Shown: positions 60,986 to 64,000 of the stretch, piece after piece | Position numbering within the stretch: position 1 is the stretch's first letter | Layout of the letters: each line of letters begins with the position of its first letter | Source: an uncultured Gemmatimonadales bacterium | GTDB lineage: Bacteria; Gemmatimonadota; Gemmatimonadetes; Gemmatimonadales; GWC2-71-9 | Direction of reading: 5' to 3' | Assembly: GCA_963828735.1 (NCBI GenBank) | Contig: CAWHFW010000002.1 | Location: 352,001 to 416,000, forward strand | Length of the DNA stretch: 64,000 nucleotides | The notes under the pieces: generated by a model | The model's database searches: none | Seen by the model: the letters and a program-made list of their open reading frames with translations, nothing else | Told to the model about the DNA's origin: nothing | Program-made: the position numbers and the translations under genes

Positions 60986-61414
60986 TCAGGTGCCGGGGTC
61001 GCACGCGGACGTGAGACGCGTCAACACGTCGAGCCGGTTTTCCATCGCGCCGGATTGCGCCGAGATGCGCAACGCGTAGTCGCGGAGCATGGCCTCGCGG
61101 TCGGCGCCCCGCGCAACCGCCACGCTCAGCTCTTCGCAGTAGGCTGGGATCTCCACCTCGATCACACGGCGAGCGGAGGTGAGGCTGGCGAAGAACGCGT
61201 CGCAGCCTCCGGCCTCGGCGGCCTGGCGTCGATGCACGGCTTCGTGGGCCAGGACCTCGGCAGCTTGCGGCGTCCCGACGAGGTCGGCACGAAGCCAGGT
61301 CTCGGGCAAGCCGTCGCGACAGAACGTGTAGCCGAGATAGCCTCGCGGAATCGGCGGCGCACTTCGCCCTGGCAGCGGAAAGAGGATCAACGGAAGCAGC
61401 CAGCTGAAACGCAT
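60986..61414 (-). CDS. Small exported protein with HExxH motif
   Basis: GGAG RBS; signal peptide; LAHEAVH..Q...E..AY; four Cys. Confidence 0.7.
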   Translation of the reverse strand: MRFSWLLPLILFPLPGRSAPPIPRGYLGYTFCRDGLPETWLRADLVGTPQAAEVLAHEAVHRRQAAEAGGCDAFFASLTSARRVIEVEIPAYCEELSVAVARGADREAMLRDYALRISAQSGAMENRLDVLTRLTSACDPGT

Positions 61415-61635
61415 GACAAGTTCTCCAGGGACGAAGCCTTGGTCTCGCGGCGGGTAGCGGGCCTTTTATGATAGGAGAAGTTCCCAATCTCCGACAGCAC
61501 GCGACCCGTGGTCGCACCCAACGAGATGCCGCCGCAGCGGCTGGACCACTGCCCAGGCACCTCTCTCCCCCGTGCCGAGCTCGCGCCCCGATGGACGAGT
61601 GCGTCAGCCGGCTTCGGCACGCCGCGCAGACGCGC

Positions 61636-61965
61636 CTGGTCGACGACCCGCTGCGGCTCCGCCATGTTCTGGTTACCTTCGTAAGAACTCGACCAAATTC
61701 ACCGAGCGAGGCGAGCCGGTTCTCGGCGTGAACGCGGGACGACCCTCGGGACGTGATGCTGCTGCTCCGGCTCATTGTGCGCGACTCTCGGGGTCGGCAT
61801 CCCGGCCGCGCGACGAACCGTGATCCTCCAGCATTCACCCAGGCGGATTCCTCCACCACTCGAAAACACGGGGAACCGGACTGGGCCGCCCATCCGCGCC
61901 AGCTCGTCATCCTCATGAATCGCCGCATCGGCAACGCGTTCACCGTCGAAATCGCGATGCCGGAC
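61636..61965 (+). pseudogene. Decayed hybrid histidine kinase HATPase domain
   Basis: Spread over all three frames: LVDDPLRLRHVL / NSTKFTERGE / IVRDS / GVGIP / AFTQADSSTTRKHG / GTGLG / RQLVILMN.RIG / FTVEI. Confidence 0.8.
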
Positions 61966-62261
61966 GGCCTGGTCCTCATGGACTCCGTGCTGCCCGACTC
62001 GACGGATAGGACACGACGGCTGGAATTTGCCGGCGATCGGCGGACCGCTCGAACGTGCCGTGGCGCGACGCCGGCGAAGCTGATGGGACGTGACCGCGGG
62101 CCCATCCGCGTGCCCTCCCAAATGGGTCCCGGCGGCAGGCGCCGGCCGAGGCTACGGCCTCCGATTTGCTGCCATATTGCATCGAGACGGTCTACCCTCA
62201 GTCTCGCCTCCGCAACCGCCGTATCCGGCAGATCTTCTCGCAATGTGCGGGAGCTTTGGTC

Positions 62262-63839
62262 ATGATGAGATCCTTTCCACGCGCCCGCTGGGCCGCGCTC
62301 GCCTCGATCCTGATCCTCACCTTCCTGAGTGGCGGATGGCTCCTCCGGCCAAGCCCCTCGGCCGAGGGCGGCGTGTACGAGCAGGCCCGCCTCTTCGAAG
62401 GCGTCGTGGGCGCGATCAACCGCCACTACATCGACTCCCTGGGCGAAGGCGATCTCTATCAGAGGGCGGCCGACGCACTGGTGGGCTCCCTCCATGATCC
62501 CTACGCCGAACTGCTGATCAAGGACTCCTATCGGGAGTATCAGCGGCAAATGGCGGGTACCGAGATCGATCTGGAGCGTGGGCCGGCGGAATCGGGTTGG
62601 GAAGGGCGCTCGGGCGGAAACCTCATCGCCCCGGGCGATGAGGTGCTCAGCATCGACGGCGAAAGCACCAAGGGGTGGTCCACCGAACGTATCGAGGAGG
62701 CGATCCGGAAGGTCATGGGTCCGACCGTCACGGTCGTCGTGCGCCCGCGGGGCGGGATGGACCCGGTGATCCGGCGCTTCACCCGCACCGAGGTACACAT
62801 CTCGGCCGCATCTCGCGGGGTCATGCTCGACGGCACGGTGGGCTATGTCGTGCTCCGTCGGATGAGTCAGGGCTCGGCGGATGAGCTTCGGGCAGCCGTG
62901 GACACCCTGGTCCAGCAGGGGATGACCTCGCTGGTCCTCGATCTTCGCTCCAATCCCGGTGGACTGATCCGTGAGGGCGTCGCGGTTGCGGGGCTGTTCC
63001 TCGAAGCAGGTGACACGGTGGCCACTTCGGTCGGCCGGTCCTGGAACCGCCCCAAGGCGTACCTCGCCGTCAATCCCGGTGGATGGGATAACCTCCGCCT
63101 CGCCGTACTCGTGAACCGCGGCACGGCCAGCTCGGCCGAACTCGTGGCGGGCGCGTTGCAGGACCACGACCGCGCGGTGCTCGTCGGAACGCCGAGCTAT
63201 GGCAAAGGCGTGCTGCAGACGACCTATCCGATCGGCGACGAAATCGCGATCAAGCTGACCACGGCGCGGTGGTTCACGCCGAGCGGCCGGACTGTCCAGC
63301 GGCCCCGTCCGGACAGCGCCGGTGGCCCCGGCAACCGCTTGCCGAGTACTCGGCCCAACGTGTTCTACAGTAGCGGCGGGCGAGTGGTGCCGGACGCGAG
63401 CGGCATTCTTCCCGATCTCCTCGTGCGCTCGATGCCGCGCTCCGACGGCGAACGGCTCCTGGCCGCCCGTCTCGGCGAGGACATGAACCGCTTCCGCGAC
63501 GTGGTAGCGGGGTACGCTGCCGAGGTGCGGGCCCAGCAGGTGAGCCAGGCCGACGCGCTGGCGATCACGCCCGAGCGGCGTGACTCACTCTTCGCCCGCC
63601 TCGAGGAAGCCGACGTGCACCTCGACCGGGAGACCTACGATCTCGCCTCGACGTATATCGAGGATCAGCTCGGCAACGAGTTGACGCGGGCCTTCTTCGG
63701 GAGCGAGTCGGTGCTCCGTCGTAAGGCCAAGAACGACCGGCAGCTGCAGGCGGCGCTCCAGGTGCTTCGCAGCGCGCCGACCCAGGATGACGTGCTCACG
63801 GCAGCGATGCACGCGCAACTGAGCGGGAGAGTGCGCTAG
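62262..63839 (+). CDS. S41 carboxyl-terminal protease (paralog 3, degenerate PDZ)
   Basis: YEQARLF, DPY, DLRSNPGG, TASSAEL, YGKG, TTARWFTP. Confidence 0.93.
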   Translation: MMRSFPRARWAALASILILTFLSGGWLLRPSPSAEGGVYEQARLFEGVVGAINRHYIDSLGEGDLYQRAADALVGSLHDPYAELLIKDSYREYQRQMAGTEIDLERGPAESGWEGRSGGNLIAPGDEVLSIDGESTKGWSTERIEEAIRKVMGPTVTVVVRPRGGMDPVIRRFTRTEVHISAASRGVMLDGTVGYVVLRRMSQGSADELRAAVDTLVQQGMTSLVLDLRSNPGGLIREGVAVAGLFLEAGDTVATSVGRSWNRPKAYLAVNPGGWDNLRLAVLVNRGTASSAELVAGALQDHDRAVLVGTPSYGKGVLQTTYPIGDEIAIKLTTARWFTPSGRTVQRPRPDSAGGPGNRLPSTRPNVFYSSGGRVVPDASGILPDLLVRSMPRSDGERLLAARLGEDMNRFRDVVAGYAAEVRAQQVSQADALAITPERRDSLFARLEEADVHLDRETYDLASTYIEDQLGNELTRAFFGSESVLRRKAKNDRQLQAALQVLRSAPTQDDVLTAAMHAQLSGRVR

Positions 63840-63867
63840 GCGCCCACAAGGCCGCCGTAGACGGGAC

Positions 63868-63950
63868 TCTCATTGCGAGTGTCGCGAGGGATCGTTCCGG
63901 TCGGCGTCCGAGCCCGGCCGGGGAGATCCCTCGGTTCGTTGGGGATGAGA
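63868..63950. repeat. Degenerate REP-like palindromic element
   Basis: TCTCAT..CGAGGGATC ... GATCCCTCG..ATGAGA inverted repeat. Confidence 0.5.
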
Positions 63951-64000
63951 ACATCAAATGCGATCATGCGCCGGTCCGATGGCTCCCCTCAGTAAGCGGG

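Overview
High-GC bacterial chromosomal window. Gene content and order suggest Gemmatimonadota (inference, no search run). 1-12 kb is an accessory surface/glycan region around tRNA-Gln(TTG): two copper-radical-oxidase lipoproteins, a truncated GT4, GT4, sulfotransferase, GT2, flippase and two PKD lipoproteins. 12-58 kb is mostly housekeeping: prs-rplY-pth-ychF, rpsF-rpsR-DUF2232-rplI, DAK2-DegV fusion, rsfS, zincin-PD40-Omp85, smc, aroF, lolA, two S41 proteases, tmk, prmC, prfA, rpmE, crp, yajQ, a methionine operon, sigma70, ALDH, NtrX-like regulator, thpR, larE, arfB, comM/yifB. 58-64 kb holds two small HExxH proteins, a membrane protein, a decayed histidine kinase and a third S41 protease. 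The strongest novel candidate is at 44.56-48.85 kb. A sigma70 promoter is followed by a SAM-II-type riboswitch (long loop, variant core) with a terminator-like hairpin. An unannotated 32-codon Cys/Met-rich leader peptide with its own terminator and antiterminator follows. This leader precedes metY - aspartokinase-like - clade-D beta-carbonic anhydrase (COS-hydrolase family, frameshifted as given) - metX. All calls are from reading motifs by eye; nothing was searched or folded computationally.
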